NCBI GenBank assembly: GCA_964384465.1 | Contig: CAYLLT010000020.1 | Location: 2,488 to 66,487, forward strand | Origin: an uncultured Planctomycetales bacterium | GTDB lineage: Bacteria > Planctomycetota > Phycisphaerae > UBA1845 > PWPN01 | Reading direction: 5' to 3' | DNA length: 64,000 bases | Part shown: positions 46,679-55,586 of the stretch, in pieces | Layout of the letters: each line of letters starts with the position of its first letter | How positions within the stretch are numbered: the stretch's first letter is position 1 | Position numbers and translations under genes: made by a program | Notes under the pieces: model-generated | Seen by the model: the letters and a program-made list of their open reading frames with translations, nothing else | Told to the model about the DNA's origin: nothing | Database searches by the model: none

Positions 46679-47941
46679 TCAGTCGCGGACAGTGAGCGAG
46701 CCTGCACCGAACACGACACCGCGCCGCTCGCGGCCGACCGCGGTCGCGACGATGGCGAGCAGGAAGATCGCGGTGGCGCTCACTGCCATTACCTGGGGAT
46801 AGGGATACTTCCCGGCGAGGGTGGCCTGAATCCACGCGATGGAGGCGGCGATCAGGTTGCCGCATTGGTATGAGAAACCGGGAAGAAATCCGCGCACCTG
46901 GTCGGGCGAGAGTTCACTGATGTGGGCGGGGATGATGCCCCATGCTCCCTGCACCATGAACTGCATGAGGAACGCGCCCACCACGATCGACGTGAATTGC
47001 GACGAGAACGCCCACAGCGGCACCACGGTCAGTGCCCCGATAAAGGCGAGGATCATCATGCGACGCCGGCCGAAATGGTCGGAGGCGAGGCCGAAGAGGA
47101 TGCCGCCCGCGATCGCGCCGGTCATCATAATGATCACGATCTTCGAATAGACCTTCGCGTCGAGACCGCGGAAGCTTTTCATGAACGTCGGATACATGTC
47201 CTGCGTGCCGTGGGAGGAGAAGTTCATCATCGCCATGAGCAGTGTGAGGTAGATAAACAGCCGCCAGTGCGAGAGAATTCCCCGTCCCAGATGCGACCAG
47301 CTTTCAGCTTTGCTCCTCTGCCAGACCTCGGACTCGCGGATGAAAAAGCGAATGAACAGCGCGAGCAGCGCCGGCGCTCCGCCGAGCCAGAACATCGGGC
47401 GCCATCCGAACCGATCGAGCATGAAGTACGCGGCCACGGCCGAGAGGAGGTAACCGGTCGCATATCCTTCCTGGAGAAAACCGCTGAGCACGCCGCGCCA
47501 TTTTGCGGGCACCTTCTCCATCACCAGCGACGTGCCCACACCCCACTCGCCGCCCATGCCGATGCCGAACAGCGCACGCAGGATGAGGAACGTCGTGAGG
47601 TTGGGAGCAAAGCCGGTCGCGACTTCCACCGCCGAGTAGAAGACCAGGTCGATCATCATGGGCATGCGCCGGCCGTAGCGATCGGCCAGCAGCCCGAAGA
47701 TGAATGCCCCGACCGGCCGGAACATGAGCGTGAGTGTCAGCGACACGGCGATGGCCGCCTGGTTTGTGCCGAAGTCAGCGGCGATGCGCGGCAGCGAGAT
47801 CACGACGAGAAAGAAATCGAACGCGTCGAGCGTCCAGCCGAGGAAGCCGGCGGTGACGGCGAAGACCGCCTCGCGCAGGGGAACCGGGGAGACGCGCTCG
47901 ACTGGAACCGATGATGCTCGTGCGTGTGATGTCAAAAGCAA
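46679..47941 (-). CDS. MFS transporter (metabolite:H+ symporter type)
   Basis: Motifs include GWTLDAFDFFLV, LADRYGRRMPMM and FGIGMGGEWG. The ORF-track start (48130) overlaps the tRNA-Asp gene, so I prefer a TTG at 47941 or 47935. Confidence 0.8.
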   Translation of the reverse strand: MLLTSHARASSVPVERVSPVPLREAVFAVTAGFLGWTLDAFDFFLVVISLPRIAADFGTNQAAIAVSLTLTLMFRPVGAFIFGLLADRYGRRMPMMIDLVFYSAVEVATGFAPNLTTFLILRALFGIGMGGEWGVGTSLVMEKVPAKWRGVLSGFLQEGYATGYLLSAVAAYFMLDRFGWRPMFWLGGAPALLALFIRFFIRESEVWQRSKAESWSHLGRGILSHWRLFIYLTLLMAMMNFSSHGTQDMYPTFMKSFRGLDAKVYSKIVIIMMTGAIAGGILFGLASDHFGRRRMMILAFIGALTVVPLWAFSSQFTSIVVGAFLMQFMVQGAWGIIPAHISELSPDQVRGFLPGFSYQCGNLIAASIAWIQATLAGKYPYPQVMAVSATAIFLLAIVATAVGRERRGVVFGAGSLTVRD

Positions 47942-48103
47942 TCCCCGGTCAACCCCGCGACAGTCAGGGCGCGAAATCACGCGGAAGGGTGCAGCGTGGC
48001 GCGATGAGTTCGCATTGCTGCCGCGACCAGCGATCGAGCGTAAACGCTTGGGGAATGCGGAGCAGCGCGAAGCGGTGCGACCAGATGCGAATCGAGGTGA
48101 AAA

Positions 48104-48177
48104 CGAGGCCGACGGGGCTCGAACCCGCAACCTTCGGATCGACAGTCCGATGCTCTAACCAATTGAGCTACGGCCCC
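48104..48177 (-). tRNA. tRNA-Asp (anticodon GTC)
   Basis: The reverse complement folds as GGGGCCG-TA-GCTC-AATTGGTTA-GAGC-A-TCGGA-CTGTCGA-TCCGA-AGGTT-GCGGG-TTCGAGC-CCCGT-CGGCCTC-G. CCA is not encoded. Confidence 0.9.
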
Positions 48178-48459
48178 TTAAGCGAGAGATCTCCATCTCG
48201 CCGGAGCTTTGCCAGTATAGCGCCCGCCACCCCTGTGTCAAGGTCACAACTAGGCACGCCAGCCGATGAAACCGTTAAACCGCCAAGAAGGCAGGATTGC
48301 GCGGGACTTTGAAATAAAAACAACGGCAGCAAGGGTTAGATTTACTGCGGGACACGCGGACGGAAGCGGTCGTTTTTCCGTTTGGCGTCTTGGCGCCCTG
48401 GCGGTTCATCGAGCCCGCCGCCGTAGAGTTCCAAAAGCGGGTCGGTATAATTACTACGA

Positions 48460-49176
48460 TTGGCATCGGACGGAGGTGTCGCGATTTCTCCGCTGGGACA
48501 GGCCCTGAACTCTGATTCAGTCATTGTGCGCCGAGTCAATATCGGGTGCGGCCGCACGCCCACGCCGGGCTGGATCAACATCGATAATTCGCCGAGCGTT
48601 CTGCTGGCTCATGATCCAATCCTCGCCGGCGGCCTCAAGGCGCTCGGGCTCCTCCGCCATGAGAGCAGGAAGTTTATACAAATGGTCCGCGAGGTCCGCA
48701 TCCGCTGGGGCAGCGGCAACCGGCTCTCGATGCTGGCCGACAACACGGTGGAGGTGGTTTACTCTTCGCACATGATGCAGCAGCTCGATCGCGATGGGGT
48801 CAAGGCGTTCCTGGCGGAGATCCGGCGCGTGCTGGTGCCGGGCGGGATCGTCCGGCTGACCATGCCGGACCTGGAGTTGATGATCCAGAATTACATGCGC
48901 GATCGGGATGCCGACCGGCTGGTGGCGATGACGAGCCTGTCGATGCGGAAGCCGAAGAACTTTTTGCAGCGGATTCAGTGGATTCTCTTCGGCGTGAGGA
49001 ACACCAGTTTGTGGCATTATGACGGCAAATCGCTCTGCAAGCTGCTCGAGGCGAACGGCTTCCGCGATCCCTGCGTGCTTCCGCCGAACGAGACCACGAT
49101 CCCCGATCCCGGTCCGCTGGACCTGGCGGAGCGTTCGCACGAGAGTGTTTACGTCGAAGCGCGGAAAGCGTGTTAG
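48460..49176 (+). CDS. Class I SAM-dependent methyltransferase
   Basis: Motif I-like VNIGCGRTPTPGWINIDNS and post-I/II-like VEVVYSSHMMQQL...LAEIRRVLVPGGIVRLTMPD are present. The start is uncertain (TTG at 48460 in the ORF track). Confidence 0.7.
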   Translation: MASDGGVAISPLGQALNSDSVIVRRVNIGCGRTPTPGWINIDNSPSVLLAHDPILAGGLKALGLLRHESRKFIQMVREVRIRWGSGNRLSMLADNTVEVVYSSHMMQQLDRDGVKAFLAEIRRVLVPGGIVRLTMPDLELMIQNYMRDRDADRLVAMTSLSMRKPKNFLQRIQWILFGVRNTSLWHYDGKSLCKLLEANGFRDPCVLPPNETTIPDPGPLDLAERSHESVYVEARKAC

Positions 49177-49233
49177 AAAAAACCCCGTCGCCAACAAACC
49201 CGTCACTGGCGCTTCAGGCTCTGACCATGTCGA

Positions 49234-49632
49234 TCAATCGGGGATGCATTTCACCAGCATCTGCCGTTGCCGCGGGCCGTCGAACTCGCAGAAGTAGATG
49301 CCCTGCCAGGTGCCGAGCACCAGTCGCGCATTTTCGACGAACACGGTAACCGACGAGCCCATCATCGAGGCTTTGATGTGCGAATCGGTGTTGCCCTCGG
49401 CGTGGCGGTAGGCGGACTCGTGCTTGGGCACGAGTTGCTCGAGCTTCCACAACACGTCGTGCACGACGTCCGGGTCGGCGTTCTCCTGGATGGTGATGCC
49501 GGCCGTGGTGTGCGGGACGTAACAGATGACGTGGCCGTTCTTGACGCCCGCCTGGCGGACGACCTGCTGGACTTCCGAGGTGACATCCACCATCTGGCAT
49601 CGCTGGCGGGTAGGGACTGAAAGCGTGTGCAT
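49234..49632 (-). CDS. yjbQ: YjbQ/UPF0047 family protein (secondary thiamine-phosphate synthase enzyme)
   Basis: 132 aa. It reads DVTSEVQQVV...GHVICYVPHTTAGITIQENADPDV..D....L..LVP......HAEGNTDSHIKASMMGSSVTV...GTWQGIYFCEFDGPR. Confidence 0.85.
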   Translation of the reverse strand: MHTLSVPTRQRCQMVDVTSEVQQVVRQAGVKNGHVICYVPHTTAGITIQENADPDVVHDVLWKLEQLVPKHESAYRHAEGNTDSHIKASMMGSSVTVFVENARLVLGTWQGIYFCEFDGPRQRQMLVKCIPD

Positions 49633-49730
49633 GGAAATCTTCTCCGGTGTCTTTGAGTACGTGGCCGCCTTATAATTGGCGATATCGTCGGTGTTGTCGA
49701 TAGTGCTGGTATTCCGGGGGTACTCGTTTG

Positions 49731-50900
49731 ATGCATGATCGTGGCAAAGTGGTCGTCGCGATGAGCGGCGGCGTGGATTCCAGCGTGGCGGCGTGCCTGC
49801 TGCACGAGCAGGGGTACGAGGTCACGGGTTTGTTCATGCGCACGGGCGTCCATGAGGCGGAAACACAGCAGGAAGAATTGCGGATTGCGGATTGCGGATT
49901 GCGGAATAAAGGATCGCATGCGGACACCCAATCCGAAATTCGTAATTCGCGATCCGAAATCGCGGAACATGATCGTCATCGCGGCTGCTGTAGTGCGGCG
50001 GATGCTTCGGACGCGCGAGCGGTGGCGGGCCGGCTGGGGATTCCGTTCTTCGCGCTCAACTTCAAGGAGCAGTTCGATCGGATCATCGATTACTTCGCCG
50101 ATGAGTACCGCCGCGGGCGCACGCCGAATCCGTGCGTGATGTGCAACGAGCATCTGAAGTTCGGGCGGTTGGCCGATTACGGAGCGGCGGCCGGGGCCGA
50201 CTTCATCGCCACCGGGCATTATGCGCGGATCGATCAGGTTGACGGCGTGCATCGTTTGTGCCGCGGGATCGACGCGCAGAAGGATCAGTCATACGTGCTC
50301 TTCGGAGTCAACCGTGACATGCTCGCCCGCACGCTGTTTCCGATCGGCGGCATGACCAAGGGTGAGGTGCGCGGGCACGCGCGGCGGTTCGGCCTCGCGG
50401 TGAGCGACAAGCCCGATTCAGTGGACATCTGTTTCGTGCCGGACCGCGACTACGCGCGGGTGGTGCGCGAGCGGCGGCCGCAGGCGTTTGCCGAGGGTGT
50501 CGTCGTGGATGCCGACGGCAACAAAGTCGGCCGGCATGGCGGTGTGGCCAACTTCACCATCGGTCAGCGGCGCGGCCTCGGCATCGCCATGGGCCTGCCG
50601 ATCTACGTCACCGGCCTCGATGCCGACACGAACACTGTCACGGTGGGAAGCAAGGACGATCTCGCATCGACCAAGTTGTCGGCGTCCGGCGTCCGCTGGC
50701 TGATCGATCCGCCCACCGGGCCGGTGCGCGCCGGCGTGAAAATCCGCTACGCCCACCGTGCGGCGCCCGCGACAGTGGAGCCTGTCGGGATTGACCGCGT
50801 CCGCGTCGAGTTCGATTCACCGCAACAGGCCATCACGCCCGGCCAAGCCGCCGTTTTCTACGATGATGATGTCGTTCTCGGCGGCGGGTGGATCGATTGA
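49731..50900 (+). CDS. mnmA: tRNA 2-thiouridine(34) synthase MnmA, carrying a ~30-aa in-frame insertion
   Basis: It has the PP-loop VVVAMSGGVDSSVAA and the conserved segments RTPNPCVMCNEHLKF, ATGHYARI, KDQSYVLF, DSVDICFV and TPGQAAVFYDDDVVLGGGWI. The start is ATG 49731 or TTG 49728. Confidence 0.9.
   Translation: MHDRGKVVVAMSGGVDSSVAACLLHEQGYEVTGLFMRTGVHEAETQQEELRIADCGLRNKGSHADTQSEIRNSRSEIAEHDRHRGCCSAADASDARAVAGRLGIPFFALNFKEQFDRIIDYFADEYRRGRTPNPCVMCNEHLKFGRLADYGAAAGADFIATGHYARIDQVDGVHRLCRGIDAQKDQSYVLFGVNRDMLARTLFPIGGMTKGEVRGHARRFGLAVSDKPDSVDICFVPDRDYARVVRERRPQAFAEGVVVDADGNKVGRHGGVANFTIGQRRGLGIAMGLPIYVTGLDADTNTVTVGSKDDLASTKLSASGVRWLIDPPTGPVRAGVKIRYAHRAAPATVEPVGIDRVRVEFDSPQQAITPGQAAVFYDDDVVLGGGWID
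49875..49966. repeat. Inverted arrays of a 7-nt unit (GCGGATT x4, spacer, degenerate AATCCGN x5) inside mnmA
   Basis: The left arm gaattgcggattgcggattgcggattgcggaat is at 49875-49907. The right arm caatccgaaattcgtaattcgcgatccgaaatcgcg is at 49929-49964. Confidence 0.75.
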
Positions 50901-50924
50901 TGATTTCACCGCGGGACCGCCGAA

Positions 50925-51422
50925 TCATCCGAAGACCGGCTTGCGTCCCAGCGCCCGGCGGGCGTCGGCTACCTGGCCGGCGTGAAACATCTGATGGTTG
51001 ACGGCGGCGCTGAACACCAGTCCGATGGTGCCGAAGAAACTTTGATATTCCGGCGGCGCCTTGCTCGGCTTATCCAGATCGGCATCGCTCATCGACGCGA
51101 GCAGCTTCAACGTCGATGAGCGGACTTTCTCAAACTGAGATAGCAGTTCCGCGAACGGCGGATATTTGCCGGCGTCCGCGACCGGTTCGCTGCCCATGCC
51201 GAACAGCGGCTCCCAATGGGCCAGCGGGTTCTGTTCGCCCTGGATCATTTTCGACATCATCGACGCCTCTGAACAGGTGATGTGGCCGAGGACCCACAGC
51301 GGGTGATTGCCCCCTTTGTGTGTCGGGAAGGTCGTTGGCGCGTCTTTCATGTCGTTGACCATCAGGAGAAGCCAGTCCTTTCCCTGCTCCAGCGTTTGTC
51401 GAATGTAGTCGGTGGTCTTCAT
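50925..51422 (-). CDS. DinB-superfamily protein
   Basis: 165 aa with the His triad context NHPLWVLGH ... NHQMFHAGQV, as expected for a four-helix-bundle DinB-like protein. Confidence 0.7.
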   Translation of the reverse strand: MKTTDYIRQTLEQGKDWLLLMVNDMKDAPTTFPTHKGGNHPLWVLGHITCSEASMMSKMIQGEQNPLAHWEPLFGMGSEPVADAGKYPPFAELLSQFEKVRSSTLKLLASMSDADLDKPSKAPPEYQSFFGTIGLVFSAAVNHQMFHAGQVADARRALGRKPVFG

Positions 51423-51479
51423 GCGTCTTTCCTTTCGTGAAAAAGAGGTTGACTGTTCCGTCCAGAATCTGATTTCACT

Positions 51480-52100
51480 TTACCTATGGGTTGCCGGTCT
51501 TAACAGCAGCGTCTTGATCAACTCGATGGAGCTTTCCGTCGGCACGAGGGCGCTGCCCAGCTTGCGGCTGACCAGCGCGCCGAGCAGCGTGTTGTTGATC
51601 CACTGTGCCCAGGTGGCCGCATCGACGCGCTCGTCCACCTCACCCGCCTGCTGCGCCTGGGTGATCAGATCGCGCCACAACTCGAAAAGTTTCAACTGCA
51701 TCTCCCGCACCGCGCTCTTGAGTCGCACGTCGGCGTCGGTCATTTCCGCGCACAGAGTCGCCATCAACTGACAGTTGCACCAATCCGGCTGCGCGTTCAA
51801 GGCCAGCACACCGTCGAGCAACGCCGCGAGCCGCTGACCCGGCTTGGCCAGCGTTTGCGTCGGCCCGATCCAGCGTTCGGCATATTCCGCGCGGGCCATA
51901 TCGAGCACGCCCAGCGCCAAGTCCTCCTTCGACCGGAAATGGTGGTAAAAGGCACCCTTGGTCAGGCCCGTCACCGATTGGATGTCCGATAACCCGGTTC
52001 GATGGTAGCCATGCTGGCTGAACAGCCGCCGGGCGACCTGAACGATGTCCAATCGAGTGGATTGCCCGCGGGTCCAGCCTGAGCCGTTTTTAGTGTTCAC
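51480..52100 (-). CDS. TetR/AcrR family transcriptional regulator
   Basis: The HTH region is RLDIVQVARRLFSQHGYHRTGLSDIQSVTGLTKGAFYHHFRSKEDL. I prefer the GTG at 52100; the ORF-track start at 52253 would run into the upstream gene. Confidence 0.8.
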   Translation of the reverse strand: MNTKNGSGWTRGQSTRLDIVQVARRLFSQHGYHRTGLSDIQSVTGLTKGAFYHHFRSKEDLALGVLDMARAEYAERWIGPTQTLAKPGQRLAALLDGVLALNAQPDWCNCQLMATLCAEMTDADVRLKSAVREMQLKLFELWRDLITQAQQAGEVDERVDAATWAQWINNTLLGALVSRKLGSALVPTESSIELIKTLLLRPATHR

Positions 52101-52180
52101 AGGGGAAGCTCCAGCGGATATTCCATACCGTTCGGTCGGTATGATACCCGCACGATCGGCTAACGTCCAGGGCCTGGAGA

Positions 52181-53308
52181 TCAGGCTCTGAGATCCAGTA
52201 TGTCGCATCGGGGCCACGAACGGCCGGCGGCGACATATGGGCTGGTTGGCCATTCGCCTGCCGGGGAGAGGATTTCATTGCCTTCGGGGCCGACCAAAAT
52301 GGTGTCTTCGCTCTTGGTGCCGGCGATCGAGGGATTCCATGCGAAGGCCTGGTTCGGGTAGACCGGCGTCGGATTATCGGGCGTAGCGCGGACTTCACGG
52401 CCGACGTAGCCGGTCGGGCCGCCCTGATGATGGTGCCGCCACTCGTCGGGGAAACCGGCATCGGCATAGGCCCGCGTGGCCGCCGCGAATACGTCGCCCA
52501 GCGTCCGGCCGGGGCGAGTGGCGGCGATCATGGCCGCATCCACCTGACAGACGGCCTGATGCCGCCGACGAAGCTCGCCTTCGATCGGGCCGAAGGAAAA
52601 CAATCGCGTGCAGGAAACGATCAGCCCGTACCGTTCGCCGCAGCAGACCGCCATGCCATAGCGATTGAACTTCTTTTCAGTGGGAATAGGATGCCGAAAC
52701 CGCTGCACGCGCTCATCGGCGGCGATCAGCAGGACGGGGGACCGGATGGCTCGCTCCTGCAAGTGGCCGGCGATCCGGCCGGCCAGTTCGTGCTCCGTCA
52801 TACCCGGACGGGCGGTGCGGCACACCGACTCCAGACTCTCGGCGACCTCCCTGCCCAGCGTCCGATAACGTTCAATTTCGCCGGCCGTCAGCGGCCATCG
52901 GAGTCTATCGAAGTCGCCGCCGAGGGCCGTCACATGGTCAGGTAGCCCCGCAACTCGGGCGTCACAGGCACACCGGCGCGAGCCGATCGCGTCTGACCAC
53001 GTCCGAACGGCAGCCCCGGCATCATGCCAGGCGAAGCTACGTATCTCGATGCCCAGCCCGGCCAGCTCTTCGGCGGCGATGCGCGGTTCCTCGATGTTGC
53101 TGGTAATGCAAAGCGTCTGCTCGGGCGTGATCAGCAGCGACGCCCCGCCCACATCGGCCGCGGTGGAAACGTGGTTAAGCCCGCCGGCGGTATACCAGGC
53201 GAAGTTGCACCGCCGCGTCAGCACGACCGCGTCAAGCGGGTGGTTTTCCAAATACTCCAGGACCGCCTGACGTTTCTGGCGGCACTCGTCGGCATGTGAT
53301 TGCATCAA
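52181..53308 (-). CDS. M24 family metallopeptidase (Xaa-Pro aminopeptidase/creatinase-like)
   Basis: 375 aa with a creatinase-like N-domain and a pita-bread C-domain (...DVFAAATRAYADAGFPDEWRHHHQGGPTGY...WNPSIAGTKSEDTILV). Confidence 0.7.
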   Translation of the reverse strand: MMQSHADECRQKRQAVLEYLENHPLDAVVLTRRCNFAWYTAGGLNHVSTAADVGGASLLITPEQTLCITSNIEEPRIAAEELAGLGIEIRSFAWHDAGAAVRTWSDAIGSRRCACDARVAGLPDHVTALGGDFDRLRWPLTAGEIERYRTLGREVAESLESVCRTARPGMTEHELAGRIAGHLQERAIRSPVLLIAADERVQRFRHPIPTEKKFNRYGMAVCCGERYGLIVSCTRLFSFGPIEGELRRRHQAVCQVDAAMIAATRPGRTLGDVFAAATRAYADAGFPDEWRHHHQGGPTGYVGREVRATPDNPTPVYPNQAFAWNPSIAGTKSEDTILVGPEGNEILSPAGEWPTSPYVAAGRSWPRCDILDLRA

Positions 53309-53572
53309 GATCTCCTGATCGCTGCGACTACCGGACCTCGATTCCCCATTCAGAGCGTATTCTAACCAGAAGTCCGCTCAGAAGGCTCGAACTGCGACGC
53401 AACCGCCGCTTGCGATGAATCGTATAAAGTAAAGAACGGCTGGGGTTTACAGGGTCAGCGGTGCCGTTATTCACAGAGCTTGCGGATTTCGCCTGATGCG
53501 GTTAAGAAACGCCCGATCGATGGGCGTGTCGCCGGCTGAATCACAACGCCAAACCGAGAGGCACAACTTCGA

Positions 53573-55522
53573 ATGATGCGCAGCAGCAAGACGCCTGCGT
53601 CGTGCGGCCTCCGCCGGCCAATCTGCCATGTGCCGCGCGCTGCGCTTTTGACGTTCCTCAGTGCCGTCGTATTCCTCGTCGCGATAGCTGCCCCCGGTCA
53701 GGCCCAGAACAACACTTCGACCCGGCCCGCCACCTCACCGAGCACGGGGCCCGCTGATTCGTCGCCGCTGGACCTGGTGCTGAAAATCGCCGGGGAGACG
53801 GATCCCAAAACCCGCCGCGAAGCCGCACTGGCCATCCTCAAAATGTCTGATGCGGAATCGACGCGGACGCTGCTGAAGCTTTTCGAGAGCAAGAATAACG
53901 ACCCGGCCAAGCTGGCCGTCTGTGAAGCGCTCGCGGAGAGTCGATCGCAGAACGCCGAGTTCATCCCGCCGCTTTTGGCTCTGTTAGACCAGAAGGAAGC
54001 CGGGTTGCGCAAGGCCGCCGTCGCGGCGCTCGGCAACTATCGCGATCCGGTAGTTGCCGAGAAGGTCAAGGCCGCCGTTCAGCAGCACGACGCTCAATTA
54101 CTGGCCGAGAACCATGCCGCGCTGATGAAGGCGCTATACGACAGCACCGCGGATGCGGAGCGGGCCGCGCTGCTGCTGAACTGGCTCAAGCAGCCTTTGG
54201 GGCTGGAGCGATTCACCGCTTTGGAGATCGTCCAGCAGGCGCTGCGAAAAGGCGCTCCGGATGGGGCGGTGCTCGATCAGGTCCGTACGCTCCTGGCGGA
54301 TTCCGATGAGGCCGTTCGGCAGAAAGCCGTGCTCGTGCTGCGGACCCGCGGTCTGCGCGAGGATGCTCCGCGCATCCGGGCCCTGCTGCGGCAGGAGCCG
54401 TCGGAACTCGTACGCGATGCGATCTATAGCGCCCTGGGCGTCCTCGGCGATCCGGCCTCGATCCCCGTTGTGGCTGAAGGCTTGAAAGATACGTCAGAGC
54501 AGGTGGTCGTCGAAGCCGCCACCGCACTCGGGCAGTTGGGCGAACTCCAGCCCGCGCCCTCCGGCGAACTGCTGGCGACGGCGGTCCAAGCCCTGCTGGA
54601 AAGAGCGTCCGGCCCGCGGCTCGAAAACGCCAAGCTCCGCGAGCGCATCATTGACGCGATGAGCCGAATCGCCGATCCCAAGTTCCTGCCCGTCCTCGTA
54701 CAGCACGCGGGCGCTGATGAGCCGGTCCCCGCGATCCGTCAGGCGGCTGTCCGCGGGTTGGGCCGGGTGAACGACGCGCAACAGGCAGCGGTGGTGATCG
54801 CTCGCTTGTCGACAGACATCGACCCCGGCGTTCGCGAGGTGGCGGCGGAAGCGCTCGGAAGACTGGGTGTGGATGTGGGCCCTCTCAAAGCGTTGCGCGA
54901 GCGGCTGGACCCCAAGCTCGAAACTTCCGCCGCCGTGCAGGACAAGGCGTGGGAATCGTACGCTTTGATCTTCCTCAAATTGCCGGCGGCGGATCAGAAA
55001 ACAGTGATGGCTTCATGGCCTGCGGCCGATCCGGGAGCTGTAACCAGGCGGATAGAACTATTGATTCATCTCGAAAAGGCGATGAGCAACAGCAAATACG
55101 ATCCGCCGCGACTGACGATGCTTCGCGAGGAACTGGCGGATGCGCTGGTGGCCGCGAGCCGTCCCGCCGACGCGGCTCCGGTACTGGCCCGCGGCCTGGA
55201 GACCCTCGCCGCGGATCAATCCGCGGTCCGTCGGCGATTGACGCTCAAGCTGGTGGAAACCCAATTGAATGGCTCGACACCGGAAAAAGCGATTGCCACC
55301 GCGGCGGGGCTGGAGACGGCGGAGCTGAAGGAGGCGGTTGCCGCCCGTCTGCTGAAGTATGCCCAGGTAGCGGCGAAAAAAGATCGCGCCGCGGCCGCCG
55401 ATTTCCTGACCAAGCTCAAGCAGAGCGTACCCGATCAGTTCGGCCCGCCGTGGACGACGCGTTTTGAGGAACTCCGTGTCTCGGCGAGTTCAAAACCAGC
55501 CACGGCCCCAACCGGCAAATAG
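53573..55522 (+). CDS. Secreted HEAT/armadillo-repeat protein
   Basis: A signal-like N-terminus is followed by repeated ...A..ALG.LGDP..IP.L motifs (AVAALGNYRDPVV, SALGVLGDPASIPVV, AATALGQLG, AVRGLGRVND, AAEALGRLG). Confidence 0.7.
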   Translation: MMRSSKTPASCGLRRPICHVPRAALLTFLSAVVFLVAIAAPGQAQNNTSTRPATSPSTGPADSSPLDLVLKIAGETDPKTRREAALAILKMSDAESTRTLLKLFESKNNDPAKLAVCEALAESRSQNAEFIPPLLALLDQKEAGLRKAAVAALGNYRDPVVAEKVKAAVQQHDAQLLAENHAALMKALYDSTADAERAALLLNWLKQPLGLERFTALEIVQQALRKGAPDGAVLDQVRTLLADSDEAVRQKAVLVLRTRGLREDAPRIRALLRQEPSELVRDAIYSALGVLGDPASIPVVAEGLKDTSEQVVVEAATALGQLGELQPAPSGELLATAVQALLERASGPRLENAKLRERIIDAMSRIADPKFLPVLVQHAGADEPVPAIRQAAVRGLGRVNDAQQAAVVIARLSTDIDPGVREVAAEALGRLGVDVGPLKALRERLDPKLETSAAVQDKAWESYALIFLKLPAADQKTVMASWPAADPGAVTRRIELLIHLEKAMSNSKYDPPRLTMLREELADALVAASRPADAAPVLARGLETLAADQSAVRRRLTLKLVETQLNGSTPEKAIATAAGLETAELKEAVAARLLKYAQVAAKKDRAAAADFLTKLKQSVPDQFGPPWTTRFEELRVSASSKPATAPTGK

Positions 55523-55586
55523 AGGACGATGACCGGTCAGCGCGTGTGTTCAACGACCGACCGCCTCGCTGAATTCGCTGAACAGG

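Noticed and set aside
47942-48130. The 5' extension of the MFS transporter ORF.
   Set aside because: It would run across the tRNA-Asp gene (48104-48177) on the same strand. The extension is Arg/Ser-rich and not membrane-protein-like.
49362-50252. The 296-aa minus-strand ORF overlapping mnmA.
   Set aside because: It is antisense to a clearly conserved mnmA. Its only striking segment (IPQSAIRNPQFF) is the translated heptamer repeat.
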